Source: Thalia democratica (taxonomy: Eukaryota). Taken from it: DNA of 64,000 nt. This document shows positions 12,501 to 27,500 of this stretch, one piece after another. The notes under the pieces are model-generated. The model ran no database searches and had not been told where the DNA came from. It saw only the letters and a program-made list of their open reading frames with translations. Position 1 is the first letter of the stretch. Each line of letters starts with the position of its first letter. Both the position numbers and the translations under genes were made by a program. Where the stretch lies: positions 27,466,001-27,530,000 of the forward strand of contig OZ241833.1 in the NCBI GenBank assembly GCA_965202585.1. Reading direction: 5' to 3'.

Positions 12501-15500
12501 AGAGAGTGGAAGTAAATTTTAATTACATTAAAATTTTCGATGCGATAAATTACTGTTTTAAATTTCAAACGTCAAGTATTACCTTAATTAGTTTCGACAC
12601 ATAACACCAAAACCTTGCCCTAGCTTTAGCTCTTTGATTATGCTGTTTGTTGCAACAATTTTATCTAATAAAAGTATGAACTTCTTAACACGTTTCCAGC
12701 AACACTTATAAATTTATCTATTGTTGCAGAAATTCTAAAAATTTCTAAAAATTTCCAAATAAAATTTTTAAAACAATATAAAATTAAGAACTATTTTGAG
12801 TGAGTTTGAAAGAATGCTTCAAGTTAAACTAATTTGGCCCGCAGACGACGAGCCTGAAACCGGACCGGACCACTACGTCCTTGTGGTGGGCTTCTACAGG
12901 GCGGAGATGCTGTCCCTGCTGGAGCACATGGGGGTGCAGTTGAACGGGGTCATGCAGGTGAGGAGTGGCAGCTACGAGGACTTCAACAAGTTGGTCAATT
13001 CGCCCAAACCGCCCATTCTGCTCATGCAGGAGCCTCAGCTGAGCGAGGAGGGTCGGTTGTTGATTGTTTGAAAAATTATGAATAATTATAAACACTTTAA
13101 TAGCGTTAAAAGTTAGTGCTTGTAGAATGTTTTTGGTTTAAAAAAATAAACTTCAATCAAGCTGAAAACACATTTGGTTGTTAAGGTTCAATCACTGTCA
13201 GCGTCTGTTGATTTAAAGCTTACAAATGCTATATGTTGAGGTAATATTTTTTTTTCAAGTAAGCTTTTAGTGTTTACTTCAGTTTTTTTCAAATGTTATT
13301 TACACACCTTCGTACTCTAAAGAGAATTTTTAGTTGTTAGTTTCAATTTTTAATTGTATTTAACTCAATGCAAAAATTAAAATTGTTATTTAACTTTACT
13401 CATTGAGAAACTTGCTGTGAAAACCAAAATAAACACCGCAGAGTTGAAGATGATCGCCAGGAAGAGGGAGTCGGACGCGAGGAGGCTGGAAATATTCTGG
13501 AAGCTCCTACCCCACGTCTTCACGCGCAACAAGTCCAACGGTTGGACGCAAGATGTCGCCACGCACCAGCTGGTCATCAGCTCCGACCTGCTCCCCAACG
13601 ATTGGCACAACTACAACAAGATGGTACGGGCACTTTGTTTTTATTTTTTTAATAATTCAACTCTGTTTAAACGACGCTGCTTTTAGTTGTTAGACTATCT
13701 GAAACATTGACTATTTTGTTAGATATTGTGAGGTTTCTTTACTTCCGATATGTGTTCTAAATTTTCAGCTTTTTACTTATTATCAAACAAGCTATCAACT
13801 TATAAACAATTTGCTTCATACTATCCATAACACTTTATCAAATTAATTTGTTTTTGATTAAAACTGATATTTTAGACTCTAGAATTATACTTAAAACAAA
13901 TTTGTATACTTTTTGATTACGAGCGTTAACTTGGCTTGAATGGATTTTTTTGTATTTTTTTGTTTAACCAAACTTTAAAACCAATTATTTTCAATTTTTT
14001 TAATGCTAACTTGGAACTTTTTTTTATTCTAAAGAACGTTCTTTTGCTTAGCTTTTCACAATAATTTTCATCGAGTTGGGGTTTTAGTTTTGTAGCGGGG
14101 CCCCTTTAAAAATTTAATGTTTTTTTGCATTTTTTTTATTTGCAACGTTTTACTCAAAATTTTTATTTTTTCAAGTTTTTTATTGTTAACATATTTATTT
14201 AATTGAGTTTTAAGACGTTATTAATTTTTTTTTCAAAATTATTTTTTTAATAACATATGCTTAAATAAATTTTTCAGAAAAGTTCCAAATTTGCACGGTC
14301 TCAGTTTTTTTTTACGTAGTTTTATAGCAAAAGTAAATTAAATTTTTAATATGTTTTATTTTTAACAAACTCATAGAACTAAGTTTTATAACGTTAATAT
14401 ATTTTTCCAACTTATTATCATTTTTCAACTATATGACCCATACAAGTTTTACCTAAACTTTTTGTTTACGTAATTTGAGGGATTTCTTGATCAAATACTA
14501 ATAATTTAGGTAAAACTTGAATGGGTCATATATTTAAAAAATAATAATAAGTTGGGAAAAAATATAATAACGTTATAAAATTTAATTTTATAAGTCTGTT
14601 AAAAATGAAACTTAAAAAAATCATAATTTACTATTGCTATAAAACCATGTAAAAAAAAAACCAAAACCGTGTAAATTTGGAACTTTTCTGAAAAATTAAT
14701 TTTTCATATGTTATTAAAGGAAAATAATTTTGAAAAAAAATTAATAACGTCTTAAAACTTAATTAAATAAGTATGTCAATGATAAAAAAGTTTGGTTAAA
14801 AAAAAATTTACAAAATAATCCATTCAAGCCAAACTCACGCTCGTTTTTTGATTGAACTTAATAAATTTATTTTATGTATTGTGATTAACTGTATAGGTTT
14901 TTTCCAAAAGTAAAATGCTTTATCTATATGATTTTTTTATAGAATAATATGATATATAATTCATATTCAAAATACTATAGTATTAACTTATCATAAAACT
15001 TATCATAATATTTATCATTTGTTTTCATTTTATACAAAAGAGTTACTGATAAGTAATGGAAACAAACGTTTCAAAAGCACACAAAAATTTATTCGTTCTT
15101 ACTCTCATGCACATATTTTGATTAGGTTGCTGTCAAATTTGCACGAGCGTACAAAATTACACGAGGGGACAAAATTGTAAAAATATAAAATTGCACGAAG
15201 ATACTTTTGCATAAAGGGTCACTTTTGCACGAGCAGACAATTTTGCACAGAGACATTTTTGCACTGGATAAATATTTTTTTTATAAATTTTTATTTATTT
15301 TATTTATTATCATTTTTTTTACTCTCACTATTACCCCTAACCTTTACTCTTGGTCGGTAACTTATTTTTCTTTTTTTATTAATCATTTTTTCATTTTTTT
15401 TTTCTTTCTTTCTTTTTTTATTAATTTATTTTTACTATCACTGTTACCCCTAACCCTTACCCTCAGTCGGTAGATTTCTTTTTTTTTAATTATCTTTTAG

Positions 15501-18500
15501 TTTTTTTTTGTTTTGTTATTCTTTATCTTTTCTGTATATTCTACTCTCGTGCAAAATTGACCCTTGGTGCAAAATCGTCTTCGTGAAATTTTGTTCCCTC
15601 GTGATATTTTGTGCCCTCGTGCAAATTTGACTTCGTGCAATTTTGTGCACTTGTGCAATTTTGTTCTCGTGCAATTTAGACCCGTTCGCATATTAAATAT
15701 AATTTCAAAGTTCTTATACTAATATGTTTTTAAAAACTTAAGTTGTACAAGCAAAAATGTTAATAACAATGAATAAGTAAAGTTTTATTTGTTATCTTAC
15801 CACAAATAGTTTTTGGGGCTTATTTATTTTTGAAATAATGAAGCTTGTAAAAGTTATAATAAAAAACTTTTTTTTTATAGAAAAAACCTATACCTAGTGT
15901 TTTAGATGATAGTAAAACTTTAAAGATTCAGTTTTGTTCTCAATATAAGGCTTAAGTTTAAAATGTTATCCAATTAAAATATACTCGAATGCTGTAAAGT
16001 TTTTATTTTAGTTATGGTGAACGCCCTTATTTTTTCTTTTATTTCCTAATAACATTTTTTTTTTGTTTTCCTAAAGCAAAGCCCAGTTTTTAAGTGGTTT
16101 TCTTATCAACCTATGAAAATAAAAATCAAAAGTTTGTTACAGCATCATTTTGATTGTAGAATTTTAAGCTTATACCAATCTGATTCAAAGTTTTTAGCTT
16201 ATAGAGAACTAAAGGAAATTTTTTCTTCCGCCAGATGGTGTACGGCGGCAAGCTGTTCGACCAATTGGCGACGTTCATCTACGACACGGTGGAGAACCTC
16301 CGCCAATACAAAACCTTCCTCCGCAACCTCAACGTCGTGGAGGTGCCGAAGTACTCCGAGCAGGTGGCGCTGGCCCAGCAGAAGAAAAACGCGCCCCCGG
16401 CGGTGGAACCCAACGAGGAGGAAATCCATCAAGGTTTTTATATCCGCTTGGCGGCGTTGAAGAGTTTACTTTTTTATTTAATAATAAGTTTTAACCAAAA
16501 TTGTATGTACTAGTTTAAAAGAAAAAAATAGTTGAATGTTTTTTAATCAATTTCCAGCAGCTCAGCAGACGATGAGCAAGAAAAAGGATTCCGTCGCCAC
16601 CGAGCCCGCGATGCCGCCGAGCGTCGAGCCGGAAATAATGGTTCCGGACTTCAGCGACATGCGTCACTACAACGAGCTTCTGAAGGAAGTTCCGCAAGAG
16701 AGCGCCAGCGTGCCGCTCATACTGCACTGCCTCGTCGAGCAGGTTCGAAACTGTTTGCGAATTTTTTAAAGAAAATAAACAATAAATAGTTTTTGCGTAG
16801 AAAGATAATAAATTCCCGTTCAATCGAGATTGATAATGCTTACAAATTTGTACTTCTTAAGTGTGATATTATTATGCAAAAATTTCGAAACTTTTATTTT
16901 TTACATTATGTTCCACAAAACTGTAAAGTTGGTTTAAGAATGATTGATAATTAAATAATTGGTACTTTTTTCTGCTAGTCATTGTTTTTTAAAATACCCA
17001 TATAAATATACTTGTTGTTTTATACTAACAACTAAATGATATATTTATTATCCAAACTAACATTCTGAATAATATAAATCAATAGTTGTAGTTTTTGCTT
17101 TGAAAAGGTTAAATACGTCTACTAAAAGTATAATCTAAGTTTATAATGAGAAGGTTTGCCATGTTGTTAAAAATTTTAAATAATTGACACTTTTTCCAAA
17201 ATCATATGAAGAGACACAAAAAAATGTAAAATGTTCATATAAAAACTAAGTTCAGTATAAAAAGTTATAAAATTGATAAATACTCAAATTTTCATACAAA
17301 GTTGATCTGTCGTCTGTATAAACTCAACCAAGTTGGCATTTAAACATTTTTAAATTAGTATTTTTACTGAGGTAAAATATTTGTTTGGTAGTACTTGAAT
17401 GTATTTTAAAAGCAATGATGAAAATTAAAATAAACCAAAACATTTATCGAGGAGCATCAGACCAAAACAAAACGCTGTCAGTGAGCTACAAACAAAAACC
17501 AAGGCAAAAATGACACCATCAATTATTAACGCGAGCTTTTCGCACCGAGTCTTCCGTTGATTATGAATGTTAATGATGACTAAACGGCAAAACATTAAAC
17601 CCTGAAAAAAAAAGCAAACCCACCATTTTGATTGATAATAAACAAGCGCTTTGTGCCGAGTGAATCATTCAAACAAAATGAACTTGCCTAATTGAGCGAA
17701 TATTTTCGAATATAAAGGTTTTGTTTACGCTCCTTTACGTCTTCTTCACACCGTTTTGCGTTTGAATGCCGAATTGCGCGGATTACACACTTTGGTTGGG
17801 ATGAAAGCGAAAGGCGAATGTTTTCGTTGCGGCGCGAAATTCGTGTTTATGTTTACGAAGGGCTTTAGAGAAGCGCGTACCAAACACTAGAAATATCTCG
17901 ACCTTTATAGCAATGAAGCAAATAATATTTTTGTAGTAAATATTTATGTTCTATTTCATGACTTTGCAAAAATATAGTTTATAGTTTTGATTTCCAATAA
18001 ATTTAAGTTTAGTAATGTGCTTATATCGTAGTTTTGAATCTTAACTTATAACTGTACTTACTTATTTTAAGTAAAAAAAAAAAAATGAGAGGTTGCCTGT
18101 ATTTAGCATTTAAGCTTTTTTGTTTTTTAAGTTACAGTAGGTATTAGAAGTATATTCGAATAAAATTATATTAAAGTTTAACTTAATATTATTTCAAGAC
18201 TTTTTTTTAATCTTATACATCAACTCTACAAATCAGAACATTTTTACTTTTACACTTATAGTTTCATGATAATCTGTTTTAATTGAAGAAAGCTTTTGCT
18301 TTATCAAACTTTTACACTTTACCGTAGTGAACAACTTACAACAAACGCAGCTCACACCACCAACTAAAATTAACACCAGCAAAGTTTAAAAGTTCGCGCA
18401 GTTTTAGCACATGCCTCTCAGTTCGCCTAATGAAATATGTAACGGGTAACGGCTTATACATGAGTAATGCGCCAAATTGCCAAATTGAATGTGTCAAAAC

Positions 18501-21500
18501 AAATTGAAGTGACAAATCGAGTTGTTTCGGGTGTCAGTGTTGAGTTGAGGTGCGAAGGGAATTTAAATTGTCACTTTCTCAACAGCTGTTGCCCCGTATG
18601 CACTTAATTTTGTCCAGCGTGAAGTTTTGAAACTACATTGCTTACATAACAAGTCTATTTAAATTAGAAATTGTTTCAAATGAATTTAGTTAGTATGCTT
18701 TTTAAATATCTTGAAAATAAATATAAAGTCATTAAGTCTAGGTTGTAACTAATAGTATTTGCTAATATTAAAACTTGTTACTTGAAAATGTACAACAAAA
18801 ATAATAATTTTGTTTATCAAAAGTTAAGAACTTTTAAATGTTTTCAAACTATATTATGCTTAATGTTTAAATATTACTAAAACAGAATATTTCAAAATAA
18901 AGTATCAGTTCTATAGTTTAATATATCTGAACTGTATTTAATCCAAAGTTTAAACGAAAAAGTAACTATTGTGTGGCTGAAAAGTTTTGTTCCTATTTTA
19001 ATATTGATAAAACAACAAATATTATAATGTCATTTATTTTATTTAAAGATCAAGTTATATAAAGTAAATAAAGTATAAAAGTTGCTTTGCAAATTATAAA
19101 ATTTCTGATATTTAAAAAAATATTAAATGGTAGTTTTAAAATAAAACTTATAAAAATACGAAGTAATCTTACAACTAGAAAGTATAAATAACTTTAGTTA
19201 TAAATATTAAAAAAGTATCTAGTGTTAGTGAGAGTTATTTTATCTGTTTTTTGTTTTTTTTTGTTTTTAATCTATTTTTTGTTAAAACTAAATATAAAAT
19301 CTTATCTTAAAAACAAACTTGTAAACAAACATTTGCTTACCTTTTTTATACTGATCTAGCTGAATTTTTAAAACTTAGTGAAATATGAATTCTGTGAAGC
19401 ATTATTTTGCATTAATTTTGACTGAATGGACTATATTTTAATACTATTATTTTTAGTTTAAAACTTGTGTTGATTTTTTCTACAATTGTGTCGAGTACTT
19501 TGAAAGCTTTCATTCAACTAATGCTTTTAATTTAATCTAAAATGTTTCACTGTAAAAACAGTTCTTCAGGATAACAATAAAAGTGTTATTACAACGAAAC
19601 ATTTGATAAAAAGCATTAGTCGAATTTCAATAAATAAATTTGCCCTCTTATCCTTACAAGTGTTGTACACTGTAATTCATTGAGATTGCATTTGTTGGAC
19701 AATAATAAAACTTCCATTTATTTTTATTTCACCGCTTTTATATTTTAATATTCTTACGCTTCACTGTTTTATCCAACCAATTTATAAAACCGAACAAACG
19801 CAACCACTATCTCTAAAGGTGATTTCCCTCATTTGAAACAGGTAGTAGCGACGGAGGAGGGCCAGTTGCCGGTGAGCGAAATCGAGAAGCAGCCTCGCAG
19901 CGACGGAGTGGACCACGTGATGGCGCTATGCATGGCTGAACACATGCACGAGATGGCGCTGACGGAGGAGGAGCAGCAGGTCTGATTGGTGGATTTTAGT
20001 TAATTAATATAGTATTCTGTAGTTTCATAAATGTATTAGTCATATCCAACAGTTACTTAATAAAGTAGAGACCAATTTAAAGTTTTTTTTATTTGATGTT
20101 TTTAATAGTTTTCTGACCGTAATTAAATATTATATGTAAAAAACACCTAAATGTTGCGCTTAAAAGTTTACTTACGACTCTGGTACTTAATGATCGTTAA
20201 TACTTTTATTTTTATTTTATAAAATTATTAGTGTTAAAACTAAGTATATTAAAAACCTCACAGAAGTGTTTTTCAAAATAAAAAAATGCTGTTTTAATAT
20301 TCAAGTGTTATTTTGTGTATACATCTATCTAGTAAAGGTAGGACGAACATGTAAAGTATTCTCACTCATGTTTTAATGTTTGTACAACAGTACTATGTTA
20401 GACAATTCAATTACACCACACCAGCAGTCTATTACACTTTTGAAATTTATTTTTCAAATGCACAGTCGCACTAACACTTTTTCAGAAAAAAATAATATGC
20501 CAATAACAAAGTTGCTTTTTAAAAGTCACTTGCAGTTTATTATTACCGTTATGACGTAACACTTTAAATACAATAATTACGTCACAGATGCTGAGCGAAG
20601 ACCTGCCGAAGCTGAAGGAGCTGCTGGCGAAAGACGACTTCGAGGCGGAGAAGAAGCAGAAAGGGGACGCCCCTAAGATAATCAACTACCACGACGAGGT
20701 GAGGGCCAGGACCCACTACCTGCGCGCCACCGACCAATTGGACGCCTCCAAAGCCGAGGAGGACATGCTCCAGTGCACAATCGCGAACAAGTTGGTTGAA
20801 GTTTCTTTGTGATAGTTTTGATATATTTTGTTCTTTAAGTTGTTTTACTTTTTAATATTTAGAACTATTGAAATTGTTCATTTATCAAGCTATTAAACAG
20901 TTTAAAGCAGTACCTACTCTAATCCTCGAAACTTTTCAATTATTCTCAGGATAGTGTCGGGGTTCCGGGAGGACAAACCGGCGGAGATGTGCAAGGAGAG
21001 GTCGGCCAGGCTGCACGAACTCATGCGTGACCAAACGATGGTGGAGGGGGGCAGCCAGGTGCGCGTCACCGCCTCGTTGCTCGACCGCGCCTTCCGCCAG
21101 TTCGTCTTCGAGTCCATGCCGCTGTCGCACGTGGACGGTGGCGGGAAAGTCGTGCGCAGCGGAGCGAATCAGCCAAGCATAAGTTTGTGTGGTTTTTGTT
21201 ATTGGGAGCTAGTTATGAAATAGCTTGCGTTAAAGCTTACTGATATAAGTGCGTATGATGGTAAAAGCTAACATTTAAAAAAAATTTAAATTTCACTAAA
21301 TAAAAAAATTTTCAGAAAGTTTTCATTATTAATTAAAGACTTATTTTATTAACATAACAATTTCTGTGAATAGTTATTTTTAAATTTATTTAGCTTTTAT
21401 TTAAATTAAAATGTTTAAAATACTTAAAAAACCTTATTACACATTCTTATTTATTTGCATTTCATAAAAACCGCACCGTGTTGTTTCGCAACAGATAACT

Positions 21501-24500
21501 TTTGGGACGACCCCTATGACATCATAATGCGCGAGGCGAACAACATAATGGAGAACGTGGACCAGCAGGCCATAGACGAGCTGATCAAGGACTGCGTGCC
21601 CCAGCTGTCCCCGGACCAGGCGCAGATGATCAGGAACAATTTATTGGTCAGGTCCCTCAACAAGAGCGTCGACGCCGCCGAGTCAGGTTTCAAATTATTT
21701 GCATGTTCTGCATAGTGTCTGTTGGTTTCAGATTTTTAAAAAAATTGTTAAGTGCATTAGCTTCTAAATTTCCGTGAACACTGTTTTCCTATTTGGTGAT
21801 ATCACCCACTTTGAGAAACCATTGATTGTAAATGAGAAGTTGGATGTAAGTCAATGACTTTATCTCAAAAGTGGGCGATATCTTTGAGACCCTGATTTTT
21901 AAAACAACTTATAAAAGTTTGAAGATTTTCTTTAGATGAAAGTTGTAACAATAAGTGAATTCCACAAAATGGTTGCAACTGCTTTTTATTGATGTGTTTT
22001 TTTAATCACTTACTTAGTTAAGATGGCTTCGTGTTAATTCACAAGAAAAAAGAGTGAGCCCAATTTAAATCCAATACAGCAAACAAATCAAAAGCTTGTT
22101 TTTTAAATTTAAATTTTATTTTATTATTTTTTGTATAAAGCTGATTTCGTATGTTTTATAAAAGTAAGAAACGTTTGTAATAGACAACGAGGTGGAAACA
22201 ATTGAAAAAGACCAGACGGCCATGCTGTACCAGGCCATCACCACCCACAACCAGCTGAAACCGAGGCAGTATTTGGACGAGTTCGTGTACAGCGAACACA
22301 TGGACAACAAAGTGCTCTTGCAGGTACGACAGTTAAAACTTTACGACTTGTTAAAAAATGTAACAACTAATGAATTTTAGATAAAGTTAAAACCCAAAAT
22401 AATGTTTTTACTTCATTTGAAAATAAAAGTGAGATTTTTATTGATGGTAAAACTGAGCTGTTTAATTTTACCAAACAGAATTTTATTCGTTTTTTATAGT
22501 TCCTATTCTGATCTTTTTTCCTGTTAATTGTTAAGTATGTTTTCATATAAGTTAAGCTAATGCGATCAAAAATTGTTCAAAAAGTGTATTTAATCTTTTA
22601 ATTTTAAAATTTCTAAAGAGTTCATAATATTATTAAAACTAAATTTTGTTTATTCTCTTAAATAAAAAATCAGAATTAAATTTATCATAGAATGGTAACT
22701 ACTTAATGCGATAAAAAACAAATTCAAGTATCACCATGTTTGAAATATTTGTAATTTTGAAAAAATAAAAATGTATGAAAATAATAAATGACTTAAAAAA
22801 AACCTACAAGTTAGAATATTGTACAATTTAATGAGTTGAAGTTTGATATTTTTAGAAAATAAAATACTTATAGGTTAGTATTAAAAAATTTGACCTCATG
22901 AGTCTTTGTGTTTTTAAATTAAGGGACATGGCTTAAACTGCAACGTTTTATTTCTTAAAAAACGATTTATTCTTCTTTGTTCAAAAGAATGTTGTTAGTG
23001 GTTTTAGATAACTTTATATAAAAAAGTTTTTAAAATTTTTTAAAATTATAACTAACTTGTTTCAGATTCAATTTAAGTTAAGTAAAAACTTGTAAGTATA
23101 TTTCAGTATTCCAGTGAAAGTCGAGAGTTTATTACGCTGAAAAGTACTAAATTGATTTTTAAATAATTCGCTTCATAAAAAATTAAAACTTTTGTCTACA
23201 TAACAACTCGTAATGACTTTTCAAGAAGCTCGTAGATCGATTGCTAACCGAACCTTTTAAGATAACGAAAGCAACTCAATAAATTTTGATGTTTGAATGC
23301 AAAAAACAATTTTAAATGTATTTCCCAACATTTAAAGTTCGACCATTCAAAAACAAACATGAATTTGATGGAACAATTAGGTGTTCAAGCTTTAAAACTA
23401 GTTTTTAGCAAAAAATGTACGACAAAACCGCACTTAAACCTGCATAAACTTTTCTGCAACTTCAACTAACACGCGAAGTGACTTAGACAAAGGAAATGGT
23501 AACTTCCCGCCTTCTAGGGAGAAACAGGGGGTCTTCCGTGTAGCAAATTAATATTTAAAGGCATACCGGCGCCCTGCTTTGCATACAGAAACCCTTTTTC
23601 CCTTTCAGATTGTGTACAAGAAACGAGCAAAGTGATAAACTTTAAAGCCGGATAATGTTGCCGCCGTATCGATTCCATCTTTCGCTTTTGTGGATATTAA
23701 ACTTTTGATATTGCCTCTGCTGCATGCATAGTTTTTTTTGAGATTTTCCCAAGTCGGCATGATTGATATTGTTGTTTTGTAAATAGAGCTCCGTGTTTCC
23801 AGTAGCTTTTTGAAAATTGTGAGTTACGTAATTGCTAAAAGAAAAAAAAATTCTGTCTTAATATGGGTTAAAACAAAAAATAAACTTTCCTGAAATAACC
23901 CTCAAAGATTCTAATGTTCACAGATTCTAATATCCAAAGACTCTAATAATAATGTTGTGTAAAAATTATATATACTGTAATTAACTTAAGATGATGTTTT
24001 TTAAAATGTACCTAAATATTTTTTATTATCTGAATAAAATTTATTTATATATAAAACTATTTTCTAAGTGTTAAACCATATAATTTTTTTAGAAGTTTTT
24101 AAGTAATTTTGGCATCTTTTTTACTTTTAATTTAAAGAAAAATTATTTAAAATATTAACTGTTTAAAAAAATAATGTAAATCTTTTAAGTTTACATACCC
24201 TTAAACTTTTTTTTTAAAATATCTAATCGTGCACAGTATTTTTAAAGCTTGAAAACCTTTAAAAAAATACTAAGAAATGTTAAATATTTTTATTTACAAA
24301 AAACAGAATTTTATTTTTGTATTTTTACATGTTTTTCAAGTTTTAAGTTAGAAAACTTCGTTAAGTCTTGGCTTAAATAAATAGAAGTTTTATATAAAAT
24401 ATACTTTTTTTATAATCTTAAGTTATGTAAAAAAGTTTTGTTTGTATCTAACAAACTTGCTTTTTAAACTAAAAAATGGTTTTACCTCATAATGAAACCA

Positions 24501-27500
24501 ACACAACCCTTAATTTTATAAACTAATACTTTATGACACAACTATATTTATAGTGCAAATTTACGAGTTCTTAAAACAGCAATTTAAAACTATCGAAACT
24601 ATAGAGATATATAGCAGCTTAACACTTTATTTTCAAATAAACACCACCAAACGTTTGTGAAGGTGGTCGAAGAGTCCCGTATGTGTTACCCATGCATGGA
24701 CAGCTACCAGCACAAGAGGGACGGGACCACCCTGCTGGTCTTCCACCACCCCATATCCAACCAGCTGGACACCAAGCTCGCGTGGTTCAACAACGTTTAC
24801 TCCAACGTCGGTTTCAGGTGGGAATTTGGTTATATCTGGTTTTAGTTAGTATGATAAACTTTCATATGCGGTACAAATATTGATTTCATTGTACAAACAG
24901 TATAATTTGTTCTGTACTATTTTTTTATTGACCAAACATTTTTCGAGTTTTCGTCCATTCAGAAAATAAGTAAAGAATTAGCGATTACTTATATTGTTTT
25001 TATTTTTCTGAACAACAAAAGCTCACCAACATTCATAACATTTGTAATGTACTCTTTAATTTCCGCATTCTGTTTTAACCATGAAACATCAACAAGGAAC
25101 TACATGTACCACGTGGCGGGAGGCATCGAGGAGTGGACGGCGGAGCAGGACGTGCTGTACGAGAAGGAGAAGGCGGAGGAGGAGATGCGGAGGGTCATCG
25201 AGCAGTCGAGAAACGCGCAGCTCAGGCCGCCCAGCCCGGCCACCACCAAGAAGAAGGGGAAGTCCGGAAAGAGAGGTAAAATATAAACTCGGTGTTTTTG
25301 GTTGTTTCGGTGTATACGATTCAGTTTGTGTAAGTGAATAGTTTTTGTGTTTTAAACACTGTATTTAATTAATCTAAGTTTGATATTTGCTTAAAATTTA
25401 TTGTAGTCCTAATTTCTTTAACTTGAAACGAAACTGTTCATATAAAATTTATTTTTTTTAAACAAAGTTTTTTTAAGATAGTTAAATTTAATGTATGAAA
25501 GCGAAAAGAAAAAATTAGTACTTCTTCAAACTAACATGAGAACAAAACACTCAATAAAAATAACTCCCGCATCTTCCAAAGGCTCCAAAGACCAGAAGCC
25601 CTCTCCCATGCAGAAGCCGCCCAAGGAGTCGAAGTCGGCCGAGGACAACGCGGAGGACGCCAACCCGGTCATCGTCAACCCGTTCGTGCTGCCCGGGTCG
25701 CTGAAGGACGAGGACATGATGCGGCAGCTGCAGAAGCTGGAGAGCAGTCCCGAGCTGGGCAAGAAGAAGGGGTCCAAGGGGAAGCTGAATGACGCGAAGA
25801 GGAGGAAGTCGGGAGGCAGATCTTCCAGTTTGTTTTGAACTTTTACGTAGATTGATTAGTTCACACGAGCTCGACGTAATTTTAAGATGTTTACATTTAC
25901 AGTGTCGCGTATGCGAACTAAGGTATGTATAAACAAAAAAAAACAAAAAAATATTTAGTTTTAAAGTTTTTGTTGAAAATATACAATAAGGTATTTTGAA
26001 AGATGTAAGTCAAACAAGCTAGAACAATTTAGGTCGGAATTAAAATTTGTGTGTACATTTGTTTTTTGAATTGGCTTAAATTTATGTAACTGACTTTCTT
26101 GGTTTTTTTTTGCCCACCCTATTTATTGTTAAGATATGCGTTTATCTCTTTTTTGTTTCTGGTTTTTAAAAGATTTGTGAAATCAAATCATTAATAAATG
26201 TAAAGTTTTTATAAGTAAACAACCAATGGTTTTTAACTTTTGTTATGAACCAAGCAACTCTAGTTTTATAGATTGATGATGGACTACAATTTTTTCACCA
26301 TATTTTATGGTATATCGTATATTCTGTAGCATTTTGTATCTTTTACTTAAGCTTTTTTAACTTTAACATACTTTCTGTATTCATTAGAACTACTGTTACT
26401 AAACAAAAGGTTAATAATTTGATGTAAGATAAATTGAACAATTTCGTTCATAAAAGCATATAAAGTTTTATTTTGCTTCATACTTAAAGTTAAACTCTGT
26501 TAAAAAATCAAATTTATGTTTTCATTGACTTCTCAAACTCAAGTAAGTATTATTGTTAGTTAGGTAAAGCTTAAATTATAAACAACACTAAATGAAGTAG
26601 AAAAGGTCAACATAAAAACAAGTAGTCTACTTTGAAAGTGTTATGGACTTTACTAACAACTTTTTATACCAGTAACATAATAAAGTATTGAACTTTAAAA
26701 GTTGATAAACAGCAAAGAAAAAGGAATACCGATTTTAATTATAAAATACACTATCATGCGAGATCGTAATGGTGCAGTAAATTGAAATTTTACATTACCA
26801 TCACATGCTAACGATTTTCAAACGAATCCGTGTAAATAATCAATACAATCCCGAACAAAGCAAGATACTTCTGCAGATAATGAAAAACATAAATATTTTC
26901 AAACTTGTAAAAGGTACGCCGTTAAAGCCGAAAACATTTTAGAGCGACCGTAAAACTGCTCTTTAAATTCCCAAGGAGACTCGAACAAAACATGTTTTTA
27001 TTTTCTTCCCAGCCGAAAACTTTTAATGTTTTAATGCTTTATGCATTATACTGATACGCACTTGTGTATAAACTGCCGTGGAAGCTGCGTGTTCGGCAAG
27101 CCGGCAAATTGATTTCCAGTTTCGTCACAGTCAAATGGCAAAGTGAAATTAAGTTTGCAAATCTAATTCTTCTATTTTTGCTCTTTGCCTGGTAAAATTT
27201 ACCGGTCTCTTAATTGCTAAAACTTTTGGATTTTATGTTACTGTCGGTTTGAAACAGTTAAGTTTCATAACTGTTCGGTCTTTTGCAACAATTTTACAGT
27301 AAAAATATATACTTGGATTTTTTTTGTAGTACTAAAAGAGTTTATGACAATGTTGACGATAGATTTGAAAAAATTAAAAATAGGCTGTTAAAACTTTTAT
27401 TAAATACTTAATTATAAAGTTCTATCGTTTAAGTTAAAATCGATGCATATAAATATTATTTTTGTTCATTAACATTTACATTAAATTCTAAATATCGAAA

